Positions 17,126 through 26,511 of a stretch of 40,243 nucleotides of DNA are shown piece by piece (within the stretch, counting starts at the first letter, position 1; each line of letters begins with the position of its first letter). Both the position numbers and the translations under genes were made by a program. The stretch spans positions 1-40,243 of the forward strand of contig JAQCNR010000459.1 in NCBI GenBank assembly GCA_028274925.1. Reading direction: 5' to 3'. This stretch comes from Halovenus sp. (GTDB lineage Archaea > Halobacteriota > Halobacteria > Halobacteriales > Haloarculaceae). Below the pieces are notes generated by a model. That model was not told the DNA's origin. It made no database searches and saw only the letters and a program-made list of their open reading frames with translations.

Positions 17126-19072
17126 CTACGCGAGGAAGACGTGCCGGGGCTTGTCGTCGAGCACTTCCCGGCCCCAGTCGACAGTGTCAGTAAATGCGTC
17201 CGAGCGGAAGAACTCCATCGCGTCGTCTTTGGCGTCCCATCGGCTGGCGATGAACATGTCGTTCTCGTTGTCGACGTTTACCAGCAGCGCAGTGTCGCGG
17301 TGGCCGTCCATCTCGGCCAGTAGCTCACCGACCTCGGCGAAGCGCTCGACGAAGGTTTCGCGGTAGTCGGGTTTGACTGTGTAGAACATTCCCATCGTCT
17401 CGAAGCCGTCGCCCTCGTCGGCCCAGCCCACGATGCCGGGCAGGTCGCTCAGGTACTCGCTGGCAGTGTTGGCGGCGTCGGCCGTCTCCCAGCGACTGAC
17501 GACCGCTGCGGCGTCACCGTCTGGGTCGTCGTAGATGTCGGTGCCTTCGTGGGTGTCGTAGCGGTCGAAGCCGTCGCTCAGGCTGTCGACTTCTTCGCGC
17601 AACTCCTCGAGGCCAGCCTCGGAGTACAGCACCAGCGCGTAGATGTCCTCGCCGTGTGGCTGGCCGGCGTAGACGTCCAGTTCTGCCAGTTCGTCACGGA
17701 TACCTTCGGCGTCGTCGCCGGTGTGGTCTGTCTCGCTCTCTGCTTCAGCCTCCTCCGATGTGCCATCGCCGAGCGGCCCGCGGTAGCCGTCCTCGACGCC
17801 GGGCAGGTCGGTCAAAAAGCCCTCGGCGGTGTCGGCCGCGCGCTCGTTGTCCCAGACGCTTACAATCGCGGAGCGACCCTGTTGAGCGCGAACGACGGAC
17901 ATCACGTGGGTGTCGTAGTGCTCGAAGTTCTCGCGCAGGCCGTCGAGTTCATCGGCGAGTTCCTGAGCGTCGGCGTCGGAGTGCAGGAGTAGTCCGAAAC
18001 TCCCGCTGTCGTAGTGCTCGCCTTCCCTGACGCCGACCTTCCCGAGTCGACCAACGAGGTCGTCGGTCTCCTCGGTGACGCTCTCGCCGCCACCCATCGG
18101 CGGGCCGCCGCTGTCGTCGTCACTCTCTTCTTCCTCGTCGCTCGCTTCGTGTGTCTCGGCTTCGGCCTCGGTGTGGCTCTCCGCGTCGTCCGTCTCCGTG
18201 GCTTCGCGGCCGCCGTTTGCGCTCACTGCGCCAGGATGGACTGGACCGGTCGCGTCGGCGTCCATCGACACGTCGCCCTCGGCCGGGACAACCTCGCCGG
18301 CCAGCAGTGCGGGCAGGTCGCTCGGTTCGATGCGGCGGCCGATGTAGAACGACCCGAACTCGGCGAACTGTGAGGTCGATGGGTCGAAGCGCATCTCGTA
18401 GAGCAGGTCTTTCATGTCGGTGAGGTCGTCGCCCCACAGCGTGACGCCCCACTCCCAGTCGTCGAGTGCGATTGCGCCGGTAATCATCTGGACGACCTTG
18501 CCGCCGTAGTCGCGGCCAATGTCGCCGTGGGCTTCCATGTGCTCGGCGCGCTCCTCGAATCCGAGGTCGTACCAGTTCTGGTCTGGCTGGCGGCGCTTGT
18601 CCATCGGGTAGAAACAGACGTGCGTGGCCTCGGGAATCGTCGGCTTCAGTCGGGTCTGGATGTAGTTGTACAGTCCCGAGTCCTCGTCGAGTTCGCCCTC
18701 GAAGTAATCTCGTGCTCGCTCAGAGTAGCCCGAGGCCTCCGTCACAGAGACGAAGGAGGTTTCGCGTTCGGTAAAACGGGCGAACTCCGTCTGCTCGAAT
18801 CGTCGTTCGAGTGCGCCGATGTGGGCGCTGGTCGGGCGGAGATGGAGGATGAGAATGTCGGCTTTGTGGCCGAGAATCGAGTACAGCGCCGAGTCGCCAG
18901 CGTCGGCGTCCTCGATAGCCATCTCGCTGTCGAGGTGGTCAGTCACTTCTGCGAGGGCGCGCTTGCGCTCGCGGTCGGTCGCGTCACGCCACGCGTCCCA
19001 GTCGATGGTTCGGTAATCGTGCAGTGCATACCACCCTTCGTCGGTCGGCGGTGGGTCGCGTGTATCTGGCAT
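17126..19072 (-). CDS. pitA: PitA: chlorite dismutase-like (coproheme decarboxylase) domain fused to antibiotic biosynthesis monooxygenase-like domains
   Basis: EGWYALHD, YSILGHKAD, FYPMDKRR..NWY, HGDIGRDY, DDWEWGVTL, YEMRFD. C-terminal MGMFYTVK...MFIASRW...FFRSDAF. Confidence 0.9.
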   Translation of the reverse strand: MPDTRDPPPTDEGWYALHDYRTIDWDAWRDATDRERKRALAEVTDHLDSEMAIEDADAGDSALYSILGHKADILILHLRPTSAHIGALERRFEQTEFARFTERETSFVSVTEASGYSERARDYFEGELDEDSGLYNYIQTRLKPTIPEATHVCFYPMDKRRQPDQNWYDLGFEERAEHMEAHGDIGRDYGGKVVQMITGAIALDDWEWGVTLWGDDLTDMKDLLYEMRFDPSTSQFAEFGSFYIGRRIEPSDLPALLAGEVVPAEGDVSMDADATGPVHPGAVSANGGREATETDDAESHTEAEAETHEASDEEEESDDDSGGPPMGGGESVTEETDDLVGRLGKVGVREGEHYDSGSFGLLLHSDADAQELADELDGLRENFEHYDTHVMSVVRAQQGRSAIVSVWDNERAADTAEGFLTDLPGVEDGYRGPLGDGTSEEAEAESETDHTGDDAEGIRDELAELDVYAGQPHGEDIYALVLYSEAGLEELREEVDSLSDGFDRYDTHEGTDIYDDPDGDAAAVVSRWETADAANTASEYLSDLPGIVGWADEGDGFETMGMFYTVKPDYRETFVERFAEVGELLAEMDGHRDTALLVNVDNENDMFIASRWDAKDDAMEFFRSDAFTDTVDWGREVLDDKPRHVFLA

Positions 19073-19073
19073 A

Positions 19074-19091
19074 CCCACTCGTAGGAGTGGG
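19074..19091. promoter_or_regulatory. 7-bp perfect inverted repeat at the pitA start
   Basis: CCCACTC-GTAG-GAGTGGG, beginning 1 bp from the start codon. Confidence 0.4.
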
Positions 19092-19126
19092 CACACAACA
19101 ATGGTTTCGTTTGTTCCCAGCAGATG

Positions 19127-19546
19127 CTACACCACGACAACAGGAACCGAACTCTCGTGGACGACTGTCTCGGTGGCACTGCCGAGCAGCACCGTCTTGA
19201 AATCAGACTGGCCGCGCTCGCCCATACAAACCATATCAATCTCGTGCTCGTCGATATACGCGAGGATTTTCTCTGGTGGTGCACCCTCGTCGATTTGTGT
19301 CTTGACTGAGACGCCCGCCGACTCCGCACGCTCTCGAACTGAGTCGAGTTCGCGTTCACCCTCCGAGTGAAGCACCTCCCGTCGCTCCTCGGGGTTGATG
19401 ATTGCGTTGTCGTAGGCTGTTCGCGTCTCGATGACGTACAGCGCGTGCAGTGTCGCGTCGTACTGCGTGGCCAAATTGACGGCGTGTCCAACAGCACCAC
19501 TCGCGTGGTCGCTGCCATCCACTGCGACCAGAATCTGCTCGTACAT
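19127..19546 (-). CDS. Universal stress protein
   Basis: MYEQILVAVDGS ... MGERG ... LLGSATETVV ... VPVVVV. Confidence 0.92.
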   Translation of the reverse strand: MYEQILVAVDGSDHASGAVGHAVNLATQYDATLHALYVIETRTAYDNAIINPEERREVLHSEGERELDSVRERAESAGVSVKTQIDEGAPPEKILAYIDEHEIDMVCMGERGQSDFKTVLLGSATETVVHESSVPVVVV

Positions 19547-19600
19547 ACCCTTGCTACACGTCCAGGGCTCTAGTACTCTTTCCCGTGGGGACCGATTTGG

Positions 19601-20500
19601 TTAGCCCTCGCCCGGCGGCGAAAGCGAGCGGTTGAACTCGTCGTACTCCTCGTAGGGCTCCGGAAACCCCCGGTCGAGGCGGCGCTGCTCACGGTTGTCC
19701 TCCAGCGGCCCGAGGTCGGCCGCAGCCGACTCCCAGCCGGGTTTGATTTTGACACTTTTCGCAGGTGACCCAGCCGCGATGTGATGAGCCGGCACGTCCC
19801 CGAGCGGTTTCGCGTCTGCGCCGATCATCGCGTTCTCACCGATTCGACAGCCAGCACTGATCATCGACCCGTAGCCCAGACGCACGTCGTCTTCGAGAAT
19901 CGTCTCGTAGGTGGTCACGTCGGTCTGGTCGACCGTGTCGTGTGCGTGCGTGTGGATGTGTGAGGTATCTGCGACCGAGACGCGGTCACCGATTGTCAAC
20001 TTCCCGCGGTCGTCGAGCAAGACATCGTTGTGGATGACGGTGTTGTCACCCATCTCGATGTTGTGGCCACACTGGATTTTGACCCCGCTGAACAGCCGCA
20101 GGTTCTCGCCAGCGTCGGCAAAGAGGTGGTCAGCGAGCATCTGGCGGAACGGCAGTGCGAACGCGACGTTGTTCGAGAGCGGTGACTGGTCGAACCCAGC
20201 CCAGAGATACCGCAGACACTTGCTCTCGCGCAGTTTTGCCAGTTCCTGCTCGGCCCAGTGTTCGGTTTCGACCAGCGCGTTCCGCGGGTCGTAGCTCTGG
20301 ACGCGCATCCGCGTCATCGGCGGCAACGACTCTCCGCGCTGGTAGCGACCGTACTCCTCTGAGTCACCGAATAAGTCAGCCAGCACCTCGCCGACGACGG
20401 CGGCGGTTTCCTCTGTCGCGAGTTGAGCGTCAATCTCTTCGACGGTCTTGTCGATCTGTTTGCGTACTGCCGGCGGTACGTCGACCTCTCGCTTCGTCAT
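19601..20500 (-). CDS. Hexapeptide-repeat (left-handed beta-helix) acyltransferase, maltose O-acetyltransferase-like
   Basis: GHNIEMGDNTVIH, LTIGDRVSV, IGENAMIG, AGSPAK. Confidence 0.85.
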   Translation of the reverse strand: MTKREVDVPPAVRKQIDKTVEEIDAQLATEETAAVVGEVLADLFGDSEEYGRYQRGESLPPMTRMRVQSYDPRNALVETEHWAEQELAKLRESKCLRYLWAGFDQSPLSNNVAFALPFRQMLADHLFADAGENLRLFSGVKIQCGHNIEMGDNTVIHNDVLLDDRGKLTIGDRVSVADTSHIHTHAHDTVDQTDVTTYETILEDDVRLGYGSMISAGCRIGENAMIGADAKPLGDVPAHHIAAGSPAKSVKIKPGWESAAADLGPLEDNREQRRLDRGFPEPYEEYDEFNRSLSPPGEG

Positions 20501-20565
20501 GACTGCTTCCCTCCGGACAGGGGCGCTCCTCGCTGGCGCGCCCGCGCTCCCACTTTCGGTTGCAT
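20497..20565 (-). CDS. Putative 22-aa leaderless upstream ORF (MQPKVGARARQRGAPLSGGKQS)
   Basis: ATG is 25-34 bp from TAAATATTTA. Contains GGAGGG, and its TGA overlaps the acyltransferase ATG (ATGA). Confidence 0.45.
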   Translation of the reverse strand: MQPKVGARARQRGAPLSGGKQS

Positions 20566-20577
20566 ACGCTACTCTGG

Positions 20578-20690
20578 GATTAGACTCACTAAATATTTAT
20601 GCCCTAACCAATGCAACTGTGTGTTTCAAAACTATATAGCATTACAAACAACCGCTAATTATTGTATTTTACGTACATAATCCGATTCGA
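20578..20690. promoter_or_regulatory. AT-rich divergent promoter region (acyltransferase / uvrA)
   Basis: Visibly much more AT-rich than its flanks. Contains the palindrome TAAATATTTA (20590-20599) and CTATATAG. Confidence 0.6.
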
Positions 20691-20771
20691 AGACGCCTCC
20701 ATCGGTCAGTTGCGCACAGTCATAGCCAACCGACAGCGTTTCACGAGCGCAGTCCATGGCATGGATAACGA

Positions 20772-23756
20772 ATGAGCCGTGATACGATTGAAGTCCGAGG
20801 GGCCACAGAAAACAACCTCAAGGACGTAGACGTCGAGATTCCGCGTGAAGAACTGACCGTCGTCACGGGGCTGTCGGGGTCGGGGAAATCCTCGCTCGCG
20901 TTCGATACGATTTATGCCGAGGGACAGCGCCGATACATCGAATCGCTGTCCGCCTACGCCCGGAACTTCCTCGGGCAGATGGACAAACCGCAGGTCGAGA
21001 ACGTCGAAGGACTCTCACCAGCTATCTCTATCGACCAGAAAAACGCCGCCAACAATCCTCGCTCGACGGTCGGCACGGTCACAGAACTCCACGACTATCT
21101 CCGACTGCTGTACGCCCGTGTCGGCACGCCACACTGCCCGGAGTGTGGCCGCGAAGTCGACGACCAGAGCGCCCAGCAGATGGTTCGGCGCCTGCTCACC
21201 GCACCCGAAGGCACCCGCGCCAAACTCGCCGCGCCGGTGGTCCGCGACCAGAAAGGCGAATTCGAGGAACTGTTCGAGGAACTCGTCAGCGAGGGCTACA
21301 CCCGCGTCGAAATCGACGGCGAACGCTACGACCTCACTGTCGACGACCCTGACCTCGACAAGAACTACGACCACACCGTCGATGTCATCGTTGACCGCGT
21401 GAAACTCAGCGAAGACGACCGCTCGCGCATTACCGACTCCGTCGAAACCGCCCTAGAGGAGGCCGACGGCGTGCTGAAAGTCATCTTCCCGGACCCGCCC
21501 GAAGCACTGGATGTCGGCGGCGCGAGTGCGCGCTCGACCGGTGACCTCGCTGACGAGGACGCCAACGACCGTCGTGTTGTCGAGTTCTCCGAAGAATTGG
21601 CCTGTATGGACTGTCACATCGACATCAGCGAAATCGAGACACGCTCGTTTTCGTTCAACAGCCCACACGGGGCCTGCCCGGAGTGTGAGGGGATTGGCTC
21701 CACCAAAGAAGTCAGTGAAGACCTGGTGATTCAGGACCCCTCGAAGGCACTGAAACACGTCTTCGAGCCGTGGAGCTACAACCGGACCTACTACTCGCGA
21801 CAACTGGACAACGTCGCCGAACACTTCGGCGTCTCCCTCGATACGCCGTTCGAGGACCTCGACGAGGAGATTCAGCGGCAGTTCCTCTACGGCACCGACG
21901 ACCGCGTTCACTTCGAGTGGCGGACGAAAAACGGCACCCGCGAAAAGACTGAGCGCTTCGAGGGTGTCATCCCGAACCTCGAACGCCGCCACGTCGAAAC
22001 CGACAGCGACCGCGCACGCGAGCACATCGAGGAGTTCATGGCTGTCACCACCTGCCCGGCGTGTGAGGGCACCCGACTCAAGTCCGAATCTCGTTCTGTA
22101 CTTGTGGACGACACCTCGATTACCGCAGTCAACCAGATGTCCATCGGCGACGCACTCGCCCACTTCGAGGAGATGGAAGCGGACCTCACCGACCGCGAGC
22201 AGAAGATTGCCGAGGAGATCCTCAAAGAGATTCGCGCACGGCTTGGGTTCATGACCGAAGTCGGTCTGGAGTACTTGACGCTCGACCGCGAAGCCTCAAC
22301 GCTCTCCGGTGGGGAGAGTCAGCGGATTCGACTTGCGACCCAGATTGGCAGTGGACTCGTCGGCGTGCTCTACGTGCTGGACGAACCGTCGATTGGGCTC
22401 CATCAGCGAGATAACGACCGCCTGCTGAACACGCTCGAAGAACTGCGTGACCTCGGCAACACGCTGCTTGTCGTCGAACACGACACGGAGACGATGCGCC
22501 GGGCCGACAACATCATCGACATGGGGCCGGGGCCGGGCAAACGCGGCGGCGAAATCGTCGTCAACGGTAGCTACGACGATGTCCTCGACTGCGAGGGCAG
22601 CGCAACCGGACAGTACCTCGCCGGCGAGAAGGTCATCCCAGTTCCCGAAACACGCCGGGACCCCGATGGAGCCATCACAGTCCGCGGTGCCCGCCAGCAC
22701 AATCTCAAGAACCTCGATGTCGAGTTGCCAGTTGGCTGCTTTACCGCGATTACCGGTGTCTCTGGCTCCGGCAAATCGACCCTGATGCACGACGTGCTCT
22801 ACAAAGGACTGGCTCGGGAGATGAACGACAACACGAGCGTCGACCCGGGTGAACACGACGCTATCGAGGGACTGGATAACATCGAGACGGTGCGACTCAT
22901 CGACCAGTCACCCATCGGCCGAACACCGCGGTCGAACCCGGCGACGTACACCAACGTCTTCGACCACGTCCGCGAACTGTTCGCCCAGACTGACGTTTCC
23001 AACCGCCGTGGCTACGCAAAGGGCCGGTTCTCGTTCAACGTCAAGGGCGGTCGCTGTGAGGCCTGTGGTGGTCAAGGGACGGTCAAAATCGACATGAACT
23101 TCCTCTCGGACGTGACCGTCCCGTGTGAGGAATGTGACGGCGCGCGGTACAACGACGAGACACTCGAAGTCGAGTTCAAGAGCAAGACAATCGCAGATGT
23201 GCTCGACATGAGCGTCGAGGAAGCATACGACTTCTTCGAGAATCACAGTCAACTGCGCCGACGGCTGAAACTCCTGAAAGACGTTGGACTCGACTACATG
23301 CGACTGGGCCAGCCGTCGACGACGCTCTCTGGGGGCGAGGCACAACGGGTCAAACTCGCCGAAGAACTCGGCAAGAAAGACACGGGTGAGACGCTGTACC
23401 TGCTCGACGAACCGACGACCGGCCTCCACCCCGAAGACGAGCGCAAACTTATCGACGTGCTCCACCGCCTGACCGACGAAGGCAATACGGTCGTCGTCAT
23501 CGAACACGAACTCGACCTGGTCAAAAACGCCGACAACATCGTCGACCTCGGACCAGAGGGCGGCGAAGCGGGCGGCCAGATTGTCGCGAGTGGCACACCA
23601 GAAACTGTCGCGCGGACTGACGACTCCTACACTGGCCAGTACCTGCGGGACCTGCTGCCCGACGTGGACCTGACTGGGCCACGGTCCGACCGCGACCTGC
23701 CAGCCCCGAGCGTGGCAGGTGACGGTGACCAGACTGCTGGTGCTGACGACGACTGA
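20772..23756 (+). CDS. uvrA: Excinuclease ABC subunit A
   Basis: Two ABC modules (GLSGSGKS and [13 protein letters not shown] twice, LDEP twice), zinc fingers, [11 protein letters not shown]. Confidence 0.98.
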   Translation: MSRDTIEVRGATENNLKDVDVEIPREELTVVTGLSGSGKSSLAFDTIYAEGQRRYIESLSAYARNFLGQMDKPQVENVEGLSPAISIDQKNAANNPRSTVGTVTELHDYLRLLYARVGTPHCPECGREVDDQSAQQMVRRLLTAPEGTRAKLAAPVVRDQKGEFEELFEELVSEGYTRVEIDGERYDLTVDDPDLDKNYDHTVDVIVDRVKLSEDDRSRITDSVETALEEADGVLKVIFPDPPEALDVGGASARSTGDLADEDANDRRVVEFSEELACMDCHIDISEIETRSFSFNSPHGACPECEGIGSTKEVSEDLVIQDPSKALKHVFEPWSYNRTYYSRQLDNVAEHFGVSLDTPFEDLDEEIQRQFLYGTDDRVHFEWRTKNGTREKTERFEGVIPNLERRHVETDSDRAREHIEEFMAVTTCPACEGTRLKSESRSVLVDDTSITAVNQMSIGDALAHFEEMEADLTDREQKIAEEILKEIRARLGFMTEVGLEYLTLDREASTLSGGESQRIRLATQIGSGLVGVLYVLDEPSIGLHQRDNDRLLNTLEELRDLGNTLLVVEHDTETMRRADNIIDMGPGPGKRGGEIVVNGSYDDVLDCEGSATGQYLAGEKVIPVPETRRDPDGAITVRGARQHNLKNLDVELPVGCFTAITGVSGSGKSTLMHDVLYKGLAREMNDNTSVDPGEHDAIEGLDNIETVRLIDQSPIGRTPRSNPATYTNVFDHVRELFAQTDVSNRRGYAKGRFSFNVKGGRCEACGGQGTVKIDMNFLSDVTVPCEECDGARYNDETLEVEFKSKTIADVLDMSVEEAYDFFENHSQLRRRLKLLKDVGLDYMRLGQPSTTLSGGEAQRVKLAEELGKKDTGETLYLLDEPTTGLHPEDERKLIDVLHRLTDEGNTVVVIEHELDLVKNADNIVDLGPEGGEAGGQIVASGTPETVARTDDSYTGQYLRDLLPDVDLTGPRSDRDLPAPSVAGDGDQTAGADDD

Positions 23757-23821
23757 CGTCGTTGCCGGACGTGAAACAGGCCGGCAGTTTTATTCTACTC
23801 CGAGCTACATTATCCCGTAAC

Positions 23822-24613
23822 ATGTCCGCCCAAACAAAGTCCGTCCTCTTGGCCCTCCTGCTCGTTTTGACCCTTCCGCTCGCGGGCTGTGCAGGGCTTA
23901 CCGACGGTGATACTGACGACGATACGACTCCGGATGTCGACGGCGAACAGCTTCGAGCCGACTCACTCGACGCGATGGCAAGCGTCGAGACGGTGCGTGT
24001 GACACAGGAGGTGACGATGGACCTCGGCGGCGAGTCCGTGACGTCCACGAGCGATGGTGTGATGGACCTCGAAGCCGAGAAGTTGCGGTTCACGACTAGC
24101 AGTTCTATCGCCGGAACCGACTTCGAGCAAGAGCAATACCTCATCGGTGACACGATGTACCTGCGGTCGGAAGCACTCGACGGCTGGGTCAAACAGAACG
24201 TCTCAGGATTCAATGCTTGGGGGAACAACCAGTTCGCCCAGCAACAGCGACTCCTCGAAAACGCGACGCTCGACGTGACCGGCCAGCAGACTGTCGATGG
24301 GAACGAGGTTTACGTGACGAAACTCGACATCGACGGCGAGATGCTGACCGCCCTCGCCAACGAGCAGGCCGGTGACATCTCGGACCAACTCGCCCCGGAC
24401 GTCTCCTTCAACAACGCGAGCGTCACTCAGCACATCGACGTTGAGACCAACCGTGTCCGATACACGAAACTCCAGTACAGCCTCACGGTCCGGGGGCAGG
24501 ACGCTACCTTCACGCTCGAACAACGATTCAGCGAGTTCAACGAGCCAGTCGATATCGAACTGCCCGAGGAGGCGAAATCTGCGAAGTCTATCGAAGAAAC
24601 CTACAGCAACTAA
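23822..24613 (+). CDS. Lipoprotein (DUF6612 / LppX-like beta-rich)
   Basis: Hydrophobic signal ending in an LAGC lipobox, followed by a beta-rich body ending FSEFNEPVDIELPEEA. Confidence 0.75.
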   Translation: MSAQTKSVLLALLLVLTLPLAGCAGLTDGDTDDDTTPDVDGEQLRADSLDAMASVETVRVTQEVTMDLGGESVTSTSDGVMDLEAEKLRFTTSSSIAGTDFEQEQYLIGDTMYLRSEALDGWVKQNVSGFNAWGNNQFAQQQRLLENATLDVTGQQTVDGNEVYVTKLDIDGEMLTALANEQAGDISDQLAPDVSFNNASVTQHIDVETNRVRYTKLQYSLTVRGQDATFTLEQRFSEFNEPVDIELPEEAKSAKSIEETYSN

Positions 24614-24624
24614 CCCGACGACGC

Positions 24625-24801
24625 TCACTTATCACCGGCAAAATAACTCGTAAAGAACCCGGAGAAAAACGAGGCGACTGCGACCGAGAGCAACACATCC
24701 GAGAGGTCGTAGCTCTCCTCGTCTCCGGCAGTGTATTTCGTGATTGCAACGCCGATAACCAGTGAGATGATTCCGTTCGTGAGGTCGTGTTTCAGACTCA
24801 T
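24625..24801 (-). CDS. Small two-TM membrane protein (58 aa)
   Basis: MSLKHDLTNGIISLVIGVAITKY...VLLSVAVASFFSGFFTSYF from ATG 24801. Confidence 0.65.
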   Translation of the reverse strand: MSLKHDLTNGIISLVIGVAITKYTAGDEESYDLSDVLLSVAVASFFSGFFTSYFAGDK

Positions 24802-24832
24802 ATGTACCTCTTGTGCCTGCGTTTGCAAATAA

Positions 24833-25078
24833 CTACTTCCGCTGGTGACGCTCCTCGAGCGCCTCGTACTCTTCGTCGGGAATGGTGGCTTCCTCGACCG
24901 GTTGACTTTCAGGATGCGGCCCACCGTGGGAGGACAACACCGACACGTCCAGCCGCGAACGGAGAAAGCCGCTGTCAGAATCGTCGCTCTCTCCCGAGCC
25001 ACCACCACTCTCCTCGTCGTCAGCGGCCGTTTCGACCTCATCTGTCGAGTTGAGCCAAGACCAGATGGCACGGAGCAT
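24833..25078 (-). CDS. Small acidic hypothetical protein (81 aa)
   Basis: MLRAIWSWL N-terminus, acidic linker, FLRSRLDVSVLSSHG segment. Confidence 0.6.
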   Translation of the reverse strand: MLRAIWSWLNSTDEVETAADDEESGGGSGESDDSDSGFLRSRLDVSVLSSHGGPHPESQPVEEATIPDEEYEALEERHQRK

Positions 25079-25246
25079 ACGCAACTATTCGACGCTCGGC
25101 ATGATGAATCTAGTCCCTCGTTTCTCGTTCAGAACAAACGAAGTTACCAGAGAAATTGGTGCCCGGTGAGTAGTGTGGGCTCTCTGTTTTCAGCGTCTGA
25201 TATGCGCGCAGAAAGTTATTTGAAGGTCCCTGCGTGGAATCTATGT

Positions 25247-26482
25247 ATGGTATCGCTGCCCGCCGACGTGTTACTCGGATTTTACTTGGGCGCACTCGTT
25301 GGCGTCGTGCCGGCGCTGTCGGTCTGGGCAGCCAGTTTCGGCTTTCGCTACCGCGAAGGTCTGTCGCTGCCGCGGGTGGGTGCGGTCGGCCTCGGCCTCG
25401 CGGTTGCGGCCGCGAACGGATTCGTACTCGCTATGGTTGGCGAACCCGTCTTTGACTCTGCCGGCCCGCTACGCTTCGGGTTGGCCGTCGTGTTCGTCGT
25501 CGCTGGCTCGCTGTACGCCCACAGCAAAGGCGACATCGCCGCCGGAGAGTTCCCGCAGCGACTCTCGCTGACGGACTTTGGCGGACAAGGTATCTCGACC
25601 GACCGGGCGGAACTTGTCGATGACGGCGCAGAAGTCCGAATTCGGGTTGTCGGTGCCGTCACTGACGTCGAGGGCTACCCCGAACTGCCGGAGGAACTGC
25701 GTGCACAGATTGCCAACGCAGAGTTCGAGCTGCCGGCGGACCTGCGCCTGTCCGAACTCGAACGACGAGTTGCCGACCGACTGGAGACGACCTACGACCT
25801 CGCAACCGCAGACGTCGACATCGACGACCGCGGCCGGGCACAGGTTGCCGCCGCTCCACCCTTCTCGGGGCTGTCGAAACGTGTCGGCGGCGGCCGCCAC
25901 GCAGTCACCGTTTCGGGACTCGTCCCAACTGGAATCGCACGCGGCGACGAGGTGACGGTTATCACGCCCGGCGCACAGGTTCGCGGGACAGTTATCAGCG
26001 CTCGCTCGGCGGGCCCACCGCCGAAGGAAGCACCTGACATCGAACCACGGTCGGACGACGACCCTGTTGAGGAGGACCGCCCACCGCGACGGGTCCGGAC
26101 ACCGACCACTAACGGTGGCGACGGACAGGTGACCGTTGCCGTCACGCGCACCGACGTGCAGCCGCTTTTGCGGGCCGGAGAGACGAAAATTGTCGTCGAA
26201 TCGCGTGAACTCGACCGCGAGTACGAGGTGGTCTCGATGCTCCGTCGGGCTGGCCACCAGATCCAGCGGATTGCCGTTCGGTCTGGTGACTACCTCGATG
26301 GCCGCGCGCTGGGTCGGAGTGTCCTCCGTGACGAACACGACGTTGCGGTGCTAGCGGTCCGGAAAGACGAGGGCTGGCTGATCGCACCCGACGGCGACAT
26401 CCTGCTCGACTCCGGGGACGAACTGTTTGCGGCGGGGACACGAGAGAACCTGACGGCCTTCGAGTCCGGTGGTGTCTCATGA
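25247..26482 (+). CDS. Membrane protein with C-terminal TrkA-C (RCK_C) domain
   Basis: Three N-terminal TM helices and C-terminal GDYLDGRALG...VAVLAVR...PDGDILLDSGDELFAAG. ATG 25247 follows TTATTTGAA. Confidence 0.85.
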   Translation: MVSLPADVLLGFYLGALVGVVPALSVWAASFGFRYREGLSLPRVGAVGLGLAVAAANGFVLAMVGEPVFDSAGPLRFGLAVVFVVAGSLYAHSKGDIAAGEFPQRLSLTDFGGQGISTDRAELVDDGAEVRIRVVGAVTDVEGYPELPEELRAQIANAEFELPADLRLSELERRVADRLETTYDLATADVDIDDRGRAQVAAAPPFSGLSKRVGGGRHAVTVSGLVPTGIARGDEVTVITPGAQVRGTVISARSAGPPPKEAPDIEPRSDDDPVEEDRPPRRVRTPTTNGGDGQVTVAVTRTDVQPLLRAGETKIVVESRELDREYEVVSMLRRAGHQIQRIAVRSGDYLDGRALGRSVLRDEHDVAVLAVRKDEGWLIAPDGDILLDSGDELFAAGTRENLTAFESGGVS

Positions 26483-26511
26483 GTCGTCCCCACAGGGGTG
26501 GTCCGCTGTGA
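26479..26511 (+). CDS. Putative 10-aa bridging ORF (MSRPHRGGPL)
   Basis: Starts with an ATGA overlap on the upstream stop and ends with a GTGA overlap on the in-frame GTG at 26508. Contains GGGGTGG. Confidence 0.45.
   Translation: MSRPHRGGPL

Noticed and set aside
20761-20775. MDNE* mini-ORF with ATGA overlap on the uvrA start
   Set aside because: Only four codons, no SD-like motif and no promoter pointing at it; easily chance.
24845-25246. Long N-terminal extension of the first TrkA-C gene
   Set aside because: Overlaps a better minus-strand ORF; a TATA-like element supports ATG 25247.
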